In this document: one piece after another, positions 47,973 to 58,602 of the stretch | Layout of the letters: the number at the start of each line of letters is the position of its first letter | How positions within the stretch are numbered: the stretch's first letter is position 1 | DNA from: an uncultured bacterium | GTDB taxonomy: Bacteria; Desulfobacterota_D; UBA1144 | Assembly (NCBI GenBank): GCA_913050325.1 | Contig: CAJWZP010000005.1 | Span: 45,092-109,091 of the forward strand | Length of the DNA stretch: 64,000 bases | Direction of reading: 5' to 3' | Program-made: the position numbers and the translations under genes | The notes under the pieces: generated by a model | What the model was told of the DNA's origin: nothing | Seen by the model: only the letters and a program-made list of their open reading frames with translations | Databases searched by the model: none

Positions 47973-49445
47973 ATGAAATCAATATTATCAAAATTAATAA
48001 TTATTGTTTTGGCAGCTGGCTTAATAATTAGTCTTGGTGTCGGTTCTGAATTTATATCATTTGGTATGGATAAAAATATAATAGCCAAAGTTGATAAAAT
48101 GGAGGTTACAAAGAAAGAATTTATTTTTTTTAAAAACAAAAAATTATCCGAACTATCTTCATCTATAAAAGGCAATAAAGATTTTATGAAAATCTTAGAT
48201 TATCAGATTGTAGACATGATTGTTCAAAGAAAGTTATTAGCACGAGAAGCAAAAAATTTAGGCTTTCATATAAGTAATGAAAAGATAAGACAATATATTT
48301 TAAATACTGAGGCATTCAAAGATATTGTAACCATAGCTAATTATGAGACAGCAATAAGAAGAAATTTTGATTTAGATGTAGATGTTTTTGAGCAGATTTT
48401 GATTGAAGAAAATTTGAGTGATAAATATTATGGATTTATTAAAGAATTTCTTTTTATTAATAATGATGAAGCATTTCAAGAATTTTTAAAAAATGAAACC
48501 AGTATGAACTATTATAAAATTGAACTAATTAAACCAATAAATTTTAAGAAGACTTTTACAGACAGTGAGATTGAAGAATTTAAAAAAACTATCTTATCTG
48601 ATAAGTCAACCAAAGCTAGTTTTTATAAATTTTTTAAAATTAATTCCTATGATCTAAATAAAAATGAAAATATTACTGATTCTGATTTAAAATCATATTA
48701 TGAAAATTATAAATCAGGGGAAGAGTTTAATAAGGAAAAGATTAAAAGAGAAATAAAAGAAAAAATTTCTGATAAATTAATAACTAATGAGTTAAAAACT
48801 ATTTCTAATTTAGTTAAAACTGAAAATATAAATGAGATATCAAAAAAATATAACAAGGAAATTAAAATCTTTAATATTTCATCATTACAGGCCCCCTCAA
48901 ATATAAAAACTAAAATAAAAACCTCAAAGGGTCTTAATTTTATTTATTATGATAAATCTATATGGGTATTTGAACTAACTGATAATGAAATATTTCAAAA
49001 AGATCTTGTTGTTAATCAGATGAAAGTAGTGGCAGAAAAAAATTCAAAAAAAGAATTTTATAATAATTTAATTAATATATACAAGACAAATCCTGATGAT
49101 TTTCTTGATAAGATTAAATCTGATAACAGATTACAAGTAAGCTTTTATAACAATCAAAAAGCTGCAAATTTACCACTAATTTCAAAGAAAGCCTTGAATC
49201 AAACTGAATCGAAAAAAAATATTAATCCTTACTTAATAGATTATATTTTTGAGGACGATAAATTTTATTTAATATTTATAGAAAAATTAAGATTACCAGA
49301 TTCTGAACTCTTTATTTTAGATAAAGACAGAATTAAGAATAGCCTTTTAATTGATAAAACAGAATCTTTTTTTGAAAAATTAAATCGAGAAATAATTTCT
49401 AATAATAAGATAGAATTGAATACTAAATATTTCAAAGATGATTAA
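47973..49445 (+). CDS. PpiD-like periplasmic chaperone (SurA N-terminal-domain protein)
   Basis: N-terminal membrane anchor, then ...IAKVDKMEVTKKEF..., typical of the PpiD/SurA N-domain. At 490 aa it is shorter than E. coli PpiD. I could not recognise a parvulin domain. Confidence 0.6.
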   Translation: MKSILSKLIIIVLAAGLIISLGVGSEFISFGMDKNIIAKVDKMEVTKKEFIFFKNKKLSELSSSIKGNKDFMKILDYQIVDMIVQRKLLAREAKNLGFHISNEKIRQYILNTEAFKDIVTIANYETAIRRNFDLDVDVFEQILIEENLSDKYYGFIKEFLFINNDEAFQEFLKNETSMNYYKIELIKPINFKKTFTDSEIEEFKKTILSDKSTKASFYKFFKINSYDLNKNENITDSDLKSYYENYKSGEEFNKEKIKREIKEKISDKLITNELKTISNLVKTENINEISKKYNKEIKIFNISSLQAPSNIKTKIKTSKGLNFIYYDKSIWVFELTDNEIFQKDLVVNQMKVVAEKNSKKEFYNNLINIYKTNPDDFLDKIKSDNRLQVSFYNNQKAANLPLISKKALNQTESKKNINPYLIDYIFEDDKFYLIFIEKLRLPDSELFILDKDRIKNSLLIDKTESFFEKLNREIISNNKIELNTKYFKDD

Positions 49446-49491
49446 TTTTAGCACTTTACTTGAGTAATATATTGTTTTATTATTGCCTAAA

Positions 49492-52400
49492 ATGAGGATT
49501 AAATCATTATCTTTAAAGGGTTTTAAAACTTTCTATGAAAAATCAGTTGTAAATTTTAATGATAAAATTTCAGCTGTGGTTGGCCCTAATGGTTGTGGAA
49601 AGACAAATTTATTAGATGGTTTAAGATGGGTTCTTGGTGAACAGAATCCAAGACTTCTAAGAACCGATTCCATGTCACAGTTGATATCGGATGGAAATGA
49701 TAAACTACCCAAACAGGGTTTCGCAGAGGTTTCTTTAATAATTGATACAGAATCTTTTTCTGATTTACCTGATGAAATTGCAATTAGTAGAAGATTAAAT
49801 AGATCGGGAGAAAGTCTATATTTCATAAACGGAGAAAGTTGTCGTTTAAAAGATATAACTGATATTGTAATGACAATAGGCGCTGGAAGCAGAACTTTTA
49901 CAGTTATTCCTCAGGGACAAATTGAATCTTATATAACTTCAAAGTCAGAGGACAAAAGACAATTGATTGATGAAGCGGCAGGTTTAGGAAAATATAAATT
50001 AAAAAGAAATGAAACCGAAAGAAAGATAATCTTAACAAATGATAATTTGGAAAGAGTCAATGATATAAAAAAAGAAGTTGAGATTCAAAAAGATTCATTA
50101 AAAGAACAAGCAGAAAAGTCCAATGAATATTCTGGATTAGTTAATAGATTTAAAAATCTTGAAAAATTATATTATAAAAAAAGATATAACTTATTACAAA
50201 AGAAATTGTTAGATGCAACTAACGCATCAAATGAATTTAATTTAATTTATAAAAATAATAATAATCAAATTAAAATTTTTTCGGAGCAAATAGAAGTTAA
50301 AGAAAAGGAAATAGATGAAAAAAACTATAAATTAGAAACTTTAAATAATAATATTTTGGATATTAAAGAAAAATTATTAAATAAACAGTCAAAAACAAAA
50401 ACCGCATTTGCTGAAAATGAAATGATTAAAAATGAATTAATAGATTTGAAATTGTCTAAAGCTGATATTTCAAAAGATGTTGATTATCAAGAGGGAACTT
50501 ATTTAGAAAAAGAAGAATTGTTACTAATAAATGAAAAAAAATTAAAAAACTTAAAAGAGTCCAAATTGGATTATTCAGAAAATAATTCTGAAGATGTAAG
50601 AAAAAGGTTATTTGATGCAGTTGAACGCTACTCCTCTCAAAAAACCAGTATAAGTTTGCTAGAGAATGAGTTGAAAGAACATCTTAAGACCAAAGATGAG
50701 TTTCAAAAACTTTCTGAAAAATCTGAGAATCAAATTAAAGATCTGAAAATTGAAATGGATAAAGCTCAAAAAGAAATTTCTGATCTTAATGTAATAAAAG
50801 AAAATTGTAAAACAAATAAAAACGAAGAAATATTAAAATTAGAAAACGTGAAAAATGATTTAGAATCTATAAATACTAATTATTTTAAAGTTAGTTCTGA
50901 AATAGAAGTTACAAAATCGAGAGTAAAAGTTTTAGAGAATATTGAATTAAATTATGGTTGGTTACCTGAAGGAATTAGAGAATTTGTTAATGAACTTAAG
51001 GGTTCTAAAGTAGAAGGAGTGCTTTCTGATTTTATTAAGCCAAAACCAGGGTATGAAAGTTGCATAGAGTCCTCACTTGGCGAGAAGTTAAAATGGATAT
51101 TAGTTGATGACAATGAAAGTGTAGTTACAGCTATTGAGGAATTCAAAAAATCCTCAAAAGGTCGTGGTACATTCATGTCTACTGATATTAAAATTCAAAT
51201 GGGTGCTAGTACCTCCATACCATATAAACACATTATGGAGTGCTTAGAATGTAAAATCGAACACAGACCTTTTTTCGCAAATATTTTTAGTGAAACCTAT
51301 GTTGTTGATAATATTAAGGATGCAATTAAGGCTCGAAACTATTATAGCGGTATAAATTTTGTAACTTTAAATGGTGAATTTTTTGATTCAAATGGATCAA
51401 TTACAGTTGGATCTGCACCAGATAACATAATACAAATAAAAGAGGAAATTAAAGAATTAAATATTAAAAAATTAAATTATGATAATGAAATTGATAAATT
51501 AAATATTTCAAAAAAACAAATTGAAGATGAAATTTTTGATATTAATAATAGAATTAAAACGTTTGATTTAGACTTAAATTCTCAAAATTCAAATTACTCT
51601 AGATTGTCTATATTATTTAATGATCTTGAGAATAAATTGTCAAATGAAATAAATATAAAAAATAAAATTGAAGAACAAACAATGAATTTAGAGCTAGAAA
51701 TTGAAAAGAAAACAAAAAGGGTTGAGTTAATTAAGAAAGAAATTGAAGAAATTGTAGAAGAAAAAAAGTCGTTTGAAATTAAATTTAATAATATAAATAT
51801 GACTGAAAGTGAAAATATACAACAAATTATCGATACAAGGAATCAAGAAGAAGTCGATAGGCTAAATAAAGAAATAGCATTAATTAAAGAGGAAATAGAA
51901 TTTAGTAAAAGTAAAATTAATAAAGAAAAACAAAAATCAGAAATTATTAATTCCAAAATGATTAAATTAGAGGAAAAATTTGAAAATAATTTAATTGATA
52001 TTTCCACCGATGATAAAGAAATTAATAATTTTAACTCTCTTGTAAATAGTAAAAAAATCGAATTTGATAATTTAAAAAAAGAAATTAGCTCTGATAAATC
52101 TGATATAGCTAATTTGAAGGAAAATATTAAAAATATGAATATAAAAATTGATAATATGTCCAATGAAAAGAAAGAGTTAGAATTAGCTCTAGATAGAGCA
52201 CAGATTGAAATTGAACAAATTGAAGAAACTTTTATAGAAAAAAATTATACAGAAGAAATAAAATCTTTAACTACGGAAGATTTAAAAGAAATTGAAATCA
52301 TTGGTGAAGCTGAACTAACAAAATCTAAATTTAATAAATTAGAAAAAGCAATTAATGACTTTGGACCTGTTAATTTATTAGCTCCATCAGAGTATGAAAA

Positions 52401-52956
52401 ATTAAATGAAAGATTCTTATTCTTATCCAATCAAATTAATGATTTAGAAGTATCTGTAGAAAATCTCAAAAAAACAATTGATAAGATAGATAATGAATCT
52501 GAAACTGCATTTATTGAAACATTTAATTTAATTAGTAACAAATATGATGAATATGTAAAAAGATTATTTGGAGGTGGTGAGGGTAAGCTCCTCTTAACTA
52601 ACCCAGATTCAATTAAGGATTCAGGAATTGAGGTAATGTTAAAGATAGGTTTAAAAAAGTATAGAAATCTCAAATCATATTCGGGAGGTGAAAGAGCTTT
52701 AGCAGGAATTGCTTTACTCTTATCAGCATACTATGTGAGACCTGCTCCATTTCTTCTCTTAGATGAAGTTGATGCACCCTTGGATGATAAAAATATTTCA
52801 AAATTTGGAGAGATGCTAAATGAAATTTCAACTTTGTCCCAAGTGGCTATAATTACGCACAATAAAAATACTATGAAATTCGCGAATAAATTAATTGGTA
52901 TAACATCAAGATTAGAAGGTATTACCGAAATTGTACCTGTTGATTTGCCCAATTAA
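49492..52956 (+). CDS. smc: chromosome segregation protein SMC
   Basis: Walker A GPNGCGKTN, long coiled coils with a central hinge, signature SGGERALAGIALLL, Walker B LLLDEVDAPLD. I prefer the ATG at 49492 (MRIKSLSLKGFKTF); the track start at 49483 is a TTG. Confidence 0.95.
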   Translation: MRIKSLSLKGFKTFYEKSVVNFNDKISAVVGPNGCGKTNLLDGLRWVLGEQNPRLLRTDSMSQLISDGNDKLPKQGFAEVSLIIDTESFSDLPDEIAISRRLNRSGESLYFINGESCRLKDITDIVMTIGAGSRTFTVIPQGQIESYITSKSEDKRQLIDEAAGLGKYKLKRNETERKIILTNDNLERVNDIKKEVEIQKDSLKEQAEKSNEYSGLVNRFKNLEKLYYKKRYNLLQKKLLDATNASNEFNLIYKNNNNQIKIFSEQIEVKEKEIDEKNYKLETLNNNILDIKEKLLNKQSKTKTAFAENEMIKNELIDLKLSKADISKDVDYQEGTYLEKEELLLINEKKLKNLKESKLDYSENNSEDVRKRLFDAVERYSSQKTSISLLENELKEHLKTKDEFQKLSEKSENQIKDLKIEMDKAQKEISDLNVIKENCKTNKNEEILKLENVKNDLESINTNYFKVSSEIEVTKSRVKVLENIELNYGWLPEGIREFVNELKGSKVEGVLSDFIKPKPGYESCIESSLGEKLKWILVDDNESVVTAIEEFKKSSKGRGTFMSTDIKIQMGASTSIPYKHIMECLECKIEHRPFFANIFSETYVVDNIKDAIKARNYYSGINFVTLNGEFFDSNGSITVGSAPDNIIQIKEEIKELNIKKLNYDNEIDKLNISKKQIEDEIFDINNRIKTFDLDLNSQNSNYSRLSILFNDLENKLSNEINIKNKIEEQTMNLELEIEKKTKRVELIKKEIEEIVEEKKSFEIKFNNINMTESENIQQIIDTRNQEEVDRLNKEIALIKEEIEFSKSKINKEKQKSEIINSKMIKLEEKFENNLIDISTDDKEINNFNSLVNSKKIEFDNLKKEISSDKSDIANLKENIKNMNIKIDNMSNEKKELELALDRAQIEIEQIEETFIEKNYTEEIKSLTTEDLKEIEIIGEAELTKSKFNKLEKAINDFGPVNLLAPSEYEKLNERFLFLSNQINDLEVSVENLKKTIDKIDNESETAFIETFNLISNKYDEYVKRLFGGGEGKLLLTNPDSIKDSGIEVMLKIGLKKYRNLKSYSGGERALAGIALLLSAYYVRPAPFLLLDEVDAPLDDKNISKFGEMLNEISTLSQVAIITHNKNTMKFANKLIGITSRLEGITEIVPVDLPN

Positions 52957-52979
52957 GATAAAGAAGACATCCTATAGAA

Positions 52980-55523
52980 ATGTTAAATATAATTAAAAAA
53001 ATCTTTGGATCTGGAAATCAAAGGGAAATATCAAGGATTAACAAAATTGTTGAAAAGATAAATAGTTTAGAAAATGAATATTCAGAACTATCTTTAGATC
53101 AGCTTAAGAAAAAATTTTTAGATTTATCTAAAAATGAAAATGACTTAGATGTTCATCTCCCAGATGTATTTGCTATTACTCGTGAAGTATCAAAAAAGAC
53201 ATTAAAGTTGAGACCTTTTGATGTCCAATTGGTAGGTGGAATCGTTTTACATGAAGGTAAAATTGCAGAAATGAAAACTGGAGAAGGAAAAACTTTGGTT
53301 GCTACATTACCTGTAGTTCTAAATTCTATAAAATCTGAATCAGTTCATGTCATAACCGTTAATGATTATTTAGCAAGAAGAGATGCACTTTGGATGTCAC
53401 CAATATATTTATCTTTAGGACTGAAGGTTGGAATTTTAAATAATGGAATTTCCTACAGAATTGATAATGATAATTTAATAGAAGTTAAAAGACTCGAGGC
53501 ATATGATTGCGATGTTATTTATGGAACCAACAGTGAATTTGGATTCGATTATCTTAGAGATAATATGAAATACTCTGATGATGAGATATGTCAGGATTCG
53601 CATTATTTTGCTATTGTTGATGAAGTTGATAGTATTTTAATAGATGAAGCCAGAACACCTCTGATAATTTCAGGACCTAGTGATAACTCATTAATAGATT
53701 ATAAAAAAATAGATAATTTATGTAGAAAAATACTTCCTGAAGATATTTCAATTGATGAAAAATCAAAGCAAGTCTACATATTAGATAGCGGATCGGAAAA
53801 GTTACAAAATTTATTTGAAGTTGAGAATTTATATGATCCTTCAAATCTATCACTGCTACATTCTATCAACCAATCTTTAAGAGCTCAGAATATATATGTA
53901 AGAGATAAAGATTATGTTGTCCAAGATAACAAAGTTATTATCGTTGATGAATTTACAGGAAGATTAATGTCCTCAAGAAGATGGAGTGATGGATTACATC
54001 AAGCTGTCGAAGCTAAAGAGAAAGTAGACATTGAAGAGGAAAATCAAACTTTTGCATCTATTACAATCCAAAATTATTTTAGAATGTATAAAAAATTATC
54101 AGGGATGACAGGAACCGCAGATACAGAAGCACTAGAATTTCAAAATATTTATAATTTAAAAGTTGTGGTTATACCTACCAATGTTCCAATGATAAGGAAT
54201 GATCTTAATGATCTTATTTATAAATCAGAAAAAGAAAAATATGATGCAATCGTTAATGAAGTTAAGAAATATAATTCTAATGGGAATCCAATATTAATTG
54301 GCACAATATCTGTCGAAAAGTCTGAAAACTTGAGTAAATTTTTATCTAAATTAAATATTAATCATAATGTTTTAAATGCAAAAAACCATGAAAAAGAAGC
54401 TGAAATTATCTCACGTGCAGGAAAAATTGGGGCTGTAACAATAGCAACTAATATGGCTGGTAGAGGTACTGATATTAAACTAGGTGGATCAGAAGATACT
54501 ACTGTGAATTTAAAAGAAAAGGAAGAAATTATAAAGCTTGGTGGTTTGGTTGTTTTAGGGAGTGAACGGCATGAGTCAAGACGTATAGATAATCAACTCC
54601 GAGGTAGGTCTGGGCGACAGGGAGATCCTGGTGTTACTCAATTTTTTGTTTCGATGGAAGATGAACTTATGAGACTTTTTGGTTCTGATAGGATAGCGAG
54701 TATGATGTCAAAGTTTGGATGGAATGAAGGAGAACCAATTGAACACAAAATGATTACAAGTTCTCTAGAAAATGCCCAAAAAAAAGTAGAGGCCAGAAAT
54801 TTCGAAATAAGAAAACATTTATTAGAATATGATGATGTTCAGAATAAACAGAGAGAAGTAATATATAAGCTTAGAAACAGATTGCTTAGAAAAAATGAAG
54901 TTGATAATATAATTGATGAATCTAAAGATGAAATAATATTTACGGTAAATGAGAATTTTTCCGAAAATAGTAACCTAGAAGAAAAAAAGAGTTTTTTTAA
55001 TTATGCTTCAGATGATGAATTAAATTCTTTAGAAACCTCGAACGACTATGAAAATTTTTTAAATAAAAAGCTGAGCGAAAAGAAATCTTTACTTGGTGAT
55101 ATGTATGAATCCATTACAAAATTTGTACTCTTATCAACTTTAGATATGAAATGGAAAGATCATCTCTTGTCAATGGATTATCTACGAGAAAGTGTGGGGC
55201 TTAGAGGTTATGGTCAACAAAATCCATTAAATGAATATAAGAAAGAGGGGTATCAAATGTTTGATGATATGATTCAAAATTATCATTTTGATGCAATTGA
55301 TTCATTTTTAGAGGTTGTTCCAATTAGTGATGATGATTTAAAGAAAATCGAAGAATCAAAGAAAACTGATGAGAATTTATCGTATAATGATGAAGAAAGC
55401 GAAAATGAAACAAAAAAAATTAAGAAACCTGGTCTCGCAAAAACGTCTGGTTTTAAAGCAAAGGAAAGAAAAAGAGAATTAGATAAGAAAAAAAGAAAGC
55501 AAAGGAAAAAGCAGAGAAAATGA
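52980..55523 (+). CDS. secA: preprotein translocase ATPase SecA
   Basis: MKTGEGKTLVATLP, DEVDSILIDEARTPLIISG, TNMAGRGTDIKLGG, RIDNQLRGRSGRQGDPG. The C-terminus is Lys/Arg-rich with no Cys/His zinc motif. Confidence 0.97.
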   Translation: MLNIIKKIFGSGNQREISRINKIVEKINSLENEYSELSLDQLKKKFLDLSKNENDLDVHLPDVFAITREVSKKTLKLRPFDVQLVGGIVLHEGKIAEMKTGEGKTLVATLPVVLNSIKSESVHVITVNDYLARRDALWMSPIYLSLGLKVGILNNGISYRIDNDNLIEVKRLEAYDCDVIYGTNSEFGFDYLRDNMKYSDDEICQDSHYFAIVDEVDSILIDEARTPLIISGPSDNSLIDYKKIDNLCRKILPEDISIDEKSKQVYILDSGSEKLQNLFEVENLYDPSNLSLLHSINQSLRAQNIYVRDKDYVVQDNKVIIVDEFTGRLMSSRRWSDGLHQAVEAKEKVDIEEENQTFASITIQNYFRMYKKLSGMTGTADTEALEFQNIYNLKVVVIPTNVPMIRNDLNDLIYKSEKEKYDAIVNEVKKYNSNGNPILIGTISVEKSENLSKFLSKLNINHNVLNAKNHEKEAEIISRAGKIGAVTIATNMAGRGTDIKLGGSEDTTVNLKEKEEIIKLGGLVVLGSERHESRRIDNQLRGRSGRQGDPGVTQFFVSMEDELMRLFGSDRIASMMSKFGWNEGEPIEHKMITSSLENAQKKVEARNFEIRKHLLEYDDVQNKQREVIYKLRNRLLRKNEVDNIIDESKDEIIFTVNENFSENSNLEEKKSFFNYASDDELNSLETSNDYENFLNKKLSEKKSLLGDMYESITKFVLLSTLDMKWKDHLLSMDYLRESVGLRGYGQQNPLNEYKKEGYQMFDDMIQNYHFDAIDSFLEVVPISDDDLKKIEESKKTDENLSYNDEESENETKKIKKPGLAKTSGFKAKERKRELDKKKRKQRKKQRK

Positions 55524-55753
55524 TAAAAAATTTAAAATTTACTATTACGTCAATCTTGAGTGTAATAATTTTATTGATTCTGGCGTCTGTTTTTACTATA
55601 GGGTTTTTAACTATTTTGGGAATTTTTTTCATCACTAGGATTTATAAAAAAATTAAGTTTAAAAATAACAAAAATATGGGTTCAAATAAAAATGAAAACA
55701 CAGAAAAAAAAGAGATTATAGATATTGATGAGGATAAATATAAGATTGATTAA
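55520..55753 (+). CDS. small membrane protein (77 aa), function unknown
   Basis: ATG overlaps the secA stop (ATGA). One long hydrophobic stretch (ILSVIILLILASVFTIGFLTILGIFFI) followed by a charged tail. Confidence 0.5.
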   Translation: MIKNLKFTITSILSVIILLILASVFTIGFLTILGIFFITRIYKKIKFKNNKNMGSNKNENTEKKEIIDIDEDKYKID

Positions 55754-56028
55754 ATACTATCTATATTATCAGCAAGTTTGACGTCTAATGATGAAATTGC
55801 ATTGATAGAATGAGTATCTAAAAAAATTTCGACTTTATTATAAGTATTAATAATTGTGGGATGATGGTCTAGTTTCTCAGCCTCAATACCAATTTGAACA
55901 ATAAATCCCAAGGCATCTGAAAAGTTTAAAAAAATAAATTTTTTATATAACTTATTTTTTTTGACAGACCATGTAGGAACGAGTTTTTTTGCTTGTAAAT
56001 TAGTTATTTTCTTTAATTTTTTAGACAT
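55750..56028 (-). CDS. phhB: pterin-4a-carbinolamine dehydratase
   Basis: 92 aa. ...FIVQIGIEAEKLDHHPTIINTYNKVEI... is the PCD/DCoH signature (DHHP). Confidence 0.85.
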   Translation of the reverse strand: MSKKLKKITNLQAKKLVPTWSVKKNKLYKKFIFLNFSDALGFIVQIGIEAEKLDHHPTIINTYNKVEIFLDTHSINAISSLDVKLADNIDSI

Positions 56029-56083
56029 GTGAATAAATTAATCCATATTGTAAAATAAGTCAAAATTATCATACAATATTAGA

Positions 56084-56581
56084 GTGAATATTATATATCT
56101 TTCATTAGGAACTAATATCGGTTTTAGAGAAGAAAATTTAATTAATGCTATAGAATTATTAAAATTATTTGTTGATGTTCTACGTACATCATCGATTTAT
56201 AAAACAGATCCTCAAGATTACGAATCACAAAATTTTTTTTATAACTTAGTGTTAAAAGGTAGAACAAATTTGTCACCAATGAATTTATTAAAAGAAATAA
56301 ATAAAATTGAGAAAAAATTAGGAAGAATTAGAAAAAAAAAGGTCTCAGATAGAATTATTGATATAGACATAATTCTTTATTCAAACCATATTTTAGATAA
56401 TCCTACTTTAACTATCCCTCACCCTCGAGCTTTAAATAGAAGATTTGTCATTGAGCCTTTAACAGAAATCGACAAAAATCTGGTTTTTCCTGGTGAAACT
56501 AGAAGCATTCTCGATATTGCTAATAATTTAACCAATCAAAAAGTTAAAAAATTAAATATTATAAATATTGCAAATAAGTAA
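56084..56581 (+). CDS. folK: 2-amino-4-hydroxy-6-hydroxymethyldihydropteridine pyrophosphokinase
   Basis: GTG start. IYLSLGTNIG, RIIDIDIILY, LTIPHPRALNRRFVIEPL. Confidence 0.9.
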   Translation: MNIIYLSLGTNIGFREENLINAIELLKLFVDVLRTSSIYKTDPQDYESQNFFYNLVLKGRTNLSPMNLLKEINKIEKKLGRIRKKKVSDRIIDIDIILYSNHILDNPTLTIPHPRALNRRFVIEPLTEIDKNLVFPGETRSILDIANNLTNQKVKKLNIINIANK

Positions 56582-56601
56582 TCAGTGATTATATTAAATT
56601 T

Positions 56602-56931
56602 ATGGGTGATAATGCAAAGTTTAAACTTGGACAAGTAGTTAAACATCGATTGTTTGATTTCAGAGGCATTATATTTGATGTTGACCCTGAGTTTAGTAAT
56701 ACTGATGAATGGTATGAAAGAATTCCCGAAGATAGAAGACCAAGAAAAGATCAACCTTTTTATCATCTTCTTGCCGAAAATGAGGATAAATCTACATATA
56801 TTGCATATGTATCTCAACAAAATCTAGAAAAAGATGAATCTAACACTCCATTTGATCATCCCTCTGTCAGCTTACTCTTTGATGGAAATGATAGTGATGG
56901 TAATTTTATAGTAAAACATTCAACTAATTGA
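56602..56931 (+). CDS. hspQ: heat-shock protein HspQ (YccV hemimethylated-DNA-binding family)
   Basis: KFKLGQVVKHRLFDFRGIIFDVDPEF...QPFYHLL...YVSQQNL. Confidence 0.85.
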   Translation: MGDNAKFKLGQVVKHRLFDFRGIIFDVDPEFSNTDEWYERIPEDRRPRKDQPFYHLLAENEDKSTYIAYVSQQNLEKDESNTPFDHPSVSLLFDGNDSDGNFIVKHSTN

Positions 56932-57774
56932 GTTTTCATAAGATTTTAAAGTATTCCACAATAACATTGTAATTGTCATTGGTCCCACACCACCAGGTAC
57001 AGGTGTAATCATTGAGGCAATATCATGCACTTCATCAAAATCCACATCTCCAACTAGCTTGCCAGTTTCCAGCCTATTTATCCCAACATCAATCACTATT
57101 GCATCTTTTTTTACCATTGACTTAGTTACATATTTTGCTCTTCCAATAGCAGCCACAATGATGTCGGCATTTTTTAAAATTTCTTCAATATTTTTAGTTC
57201 TGGAATGACAAACTGTAACTGTTGCATTCTTTTGAAGTAAAAGAATAGCAGCAGGTTTACCAACAATATTACTTCTTCCCAAGACCACTGCATTTTTGCC
57301 TTCTATGTCTAATTCATAATGTTCAAGCATTTTAATAATTCCATGTGGCGTGCACGCAATATAGGAAGGTTTACCTTCAAATAAATTACCCGCATTTACT
57401 GGATGAAATCCGTCAACATCTTTATCTGGATTTACAGAATTTAAAATTTTTGTTTCATTAATATGTTTAGGGAGCGGGAGCTGGATCAGAATACCATTAA
57501 TATTCTCCTGATTATTAAGTTTATCTATGAGTTTTAGTAATTCATCCTCACTCGTATTTTCTGGCATTTTATGTTCTTCAGAATAAATTCCAACATTTTC
57601 ACAGGCTTTCCTTTTGTTTCTAACATATATTTGAGAGGGTCCATCTTCACCTACTAGAACAGCGGCTAATCCTGGAACAGTTGAATTTTTTTTCTTTAAT
57701 TTATCAACTGAAATTTTTATTTCGCCACGAATTTTTTCTGAAACTACTTTTCCATCAATTAATTTATTGCTCAT
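56920..57774 (-). CDS. folD: bifunctional methylenetetrahydrofolate dehydrogenase/methenyl-THF cyclohydrolase
   Basis: IDGKVVSEKIR, PGLAVVLVG-like PGLAAVLVGED, VLGRSNIVGKP, TPVPGGVGPMT. The ATG at 57774 forms an ATGA overlap with the thiD stop; the track start at 57810 adds 12 aa. Confidence 0.95.
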   Translation of the reverse strand: MSNKLIDGKVVSEKIRGEIKISVDKLKKKNSTVPGLAAVLVGEDGPSQIYVRNKRKACENVGIYSEEHKMPENTSEDELLKLIDKLNNQENINGILIQLPLPKHINETKILNSVNPDKDVDGFHPVNAGNLFEGKPSYIACTPHGIIKMLEHYELDIEGKNAVVLGRSNIVGKPAAILLLQKNATVTVCHSRTKNIEEILKNADIIVAAIGRAKYVTKSMVKKDAIVIDVGINRLETGKLVGDVDFDEVHDIASMITPVPGGVGPMTITMLLWNTLKSYENSIS

Positions 57775-58574
57775 CTTTTTCTCCTTGGGAAATGATTGAG
57801 TGGTCCACAACCTTTACCAATATTAAATGCATTTTTTATACCAAAAGATACAAATTCTTTTCCTTTCTTAACAGAATCTAATAAAGAATAGTTCATTGAT
57901 AAATAACCCGTAATGGCTGCAGAAAGTGTGCATCCAGTACCATGTGTGTTTATTGTATCATATCTTTTCGAGCTGAATTTATATATTTTTTTATTGTGAA
58001 ACAAGTAATCACAGGATTGGTTATTTTTGCTTAAGTGTCCACCTTTTATCAAAACATTTACTTTCTTTTGCTTAAATATTAACTTATCTAAGTTGTAAAT
58101 ATCACTCTCATCTTTAATATCACAGTTATAAATTTTATTAGCTTCAAAAATATTTGGTGTGATTAAAAAACAAATAGGTAAAATTTTATTTCGAAAAAAT
58201 TTTATAGCTGAGGGAAGTAATAAATTATTTCCTGATTTTGAAACCATAACAGGATCGGAAACTATTTTTAAACCTTTATATTTATTTAAGCTTTCTAAAA
58301 TTATTTTCATCATTTTTGAATCATAAAGCATTCCTAGTTTAATAAATTTTATTTTATAGTCACTCATAACAGTTTGAATTTGATTTTTAACTGTTTTATT
58401 TGGAAGTCTTAAAATTTCGTTAACTTTGAAGCTGTTTTGAGCCGTGATGCATGTTATTACTGAGGAACTGAAAACATTTAAAGTGTTTAGAGTCTTAATG
58501 TCTGCTTGTATACCAGCTCCTCCACCTGAGTCAGAACCTGCTACAGTTAAAACTTGAAATGGTTTTTTTGTCAT
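57771..58574 (-). CDS. thiD: hydroxymethylpyrimidine/phosphomethylpyrimidine kinase
   Basis: VLTVAGSDSGGGAGIQADIKT, HGTGCTLSAAI. Confidence 0.93.
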   Translation of the reverse strand: MTKKPFQVLTVAGSDSGGGAGIQADIKTLNTLNVFSSSVITCITAQNSFKVNEILRLPNKTVKNQIQTVMSDYKIKFIKLGMLYDSKMMKIILESLNKYKGLKIVSDPVMVSKSGNNLLLPSAIKFFRNKILPICFLITPNIFEANKIYNCDIKDESDIYNLDKLIFKQKKVNVLIKGGHLSKNNQSCDYLFHNKKIYKFSSKRYDTINTHGTGCTLSAAITGYLSMNYSLLDSVKKGKEFVSFGIKNAFNIGKGCGPLNHFPRRKR

Positions 58575-58602
58575 AAATAAAATAATATATTAAATATTAT
58601 CT

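Noticed and set aside
49533-52952. Multiple short minus-strand ORFs inside smc (e.g. 49533..49826, 51843..52163, 52431..52673)
   Set aside because: Antisense to smc, with low-complexity translations. smc is unambiguous.
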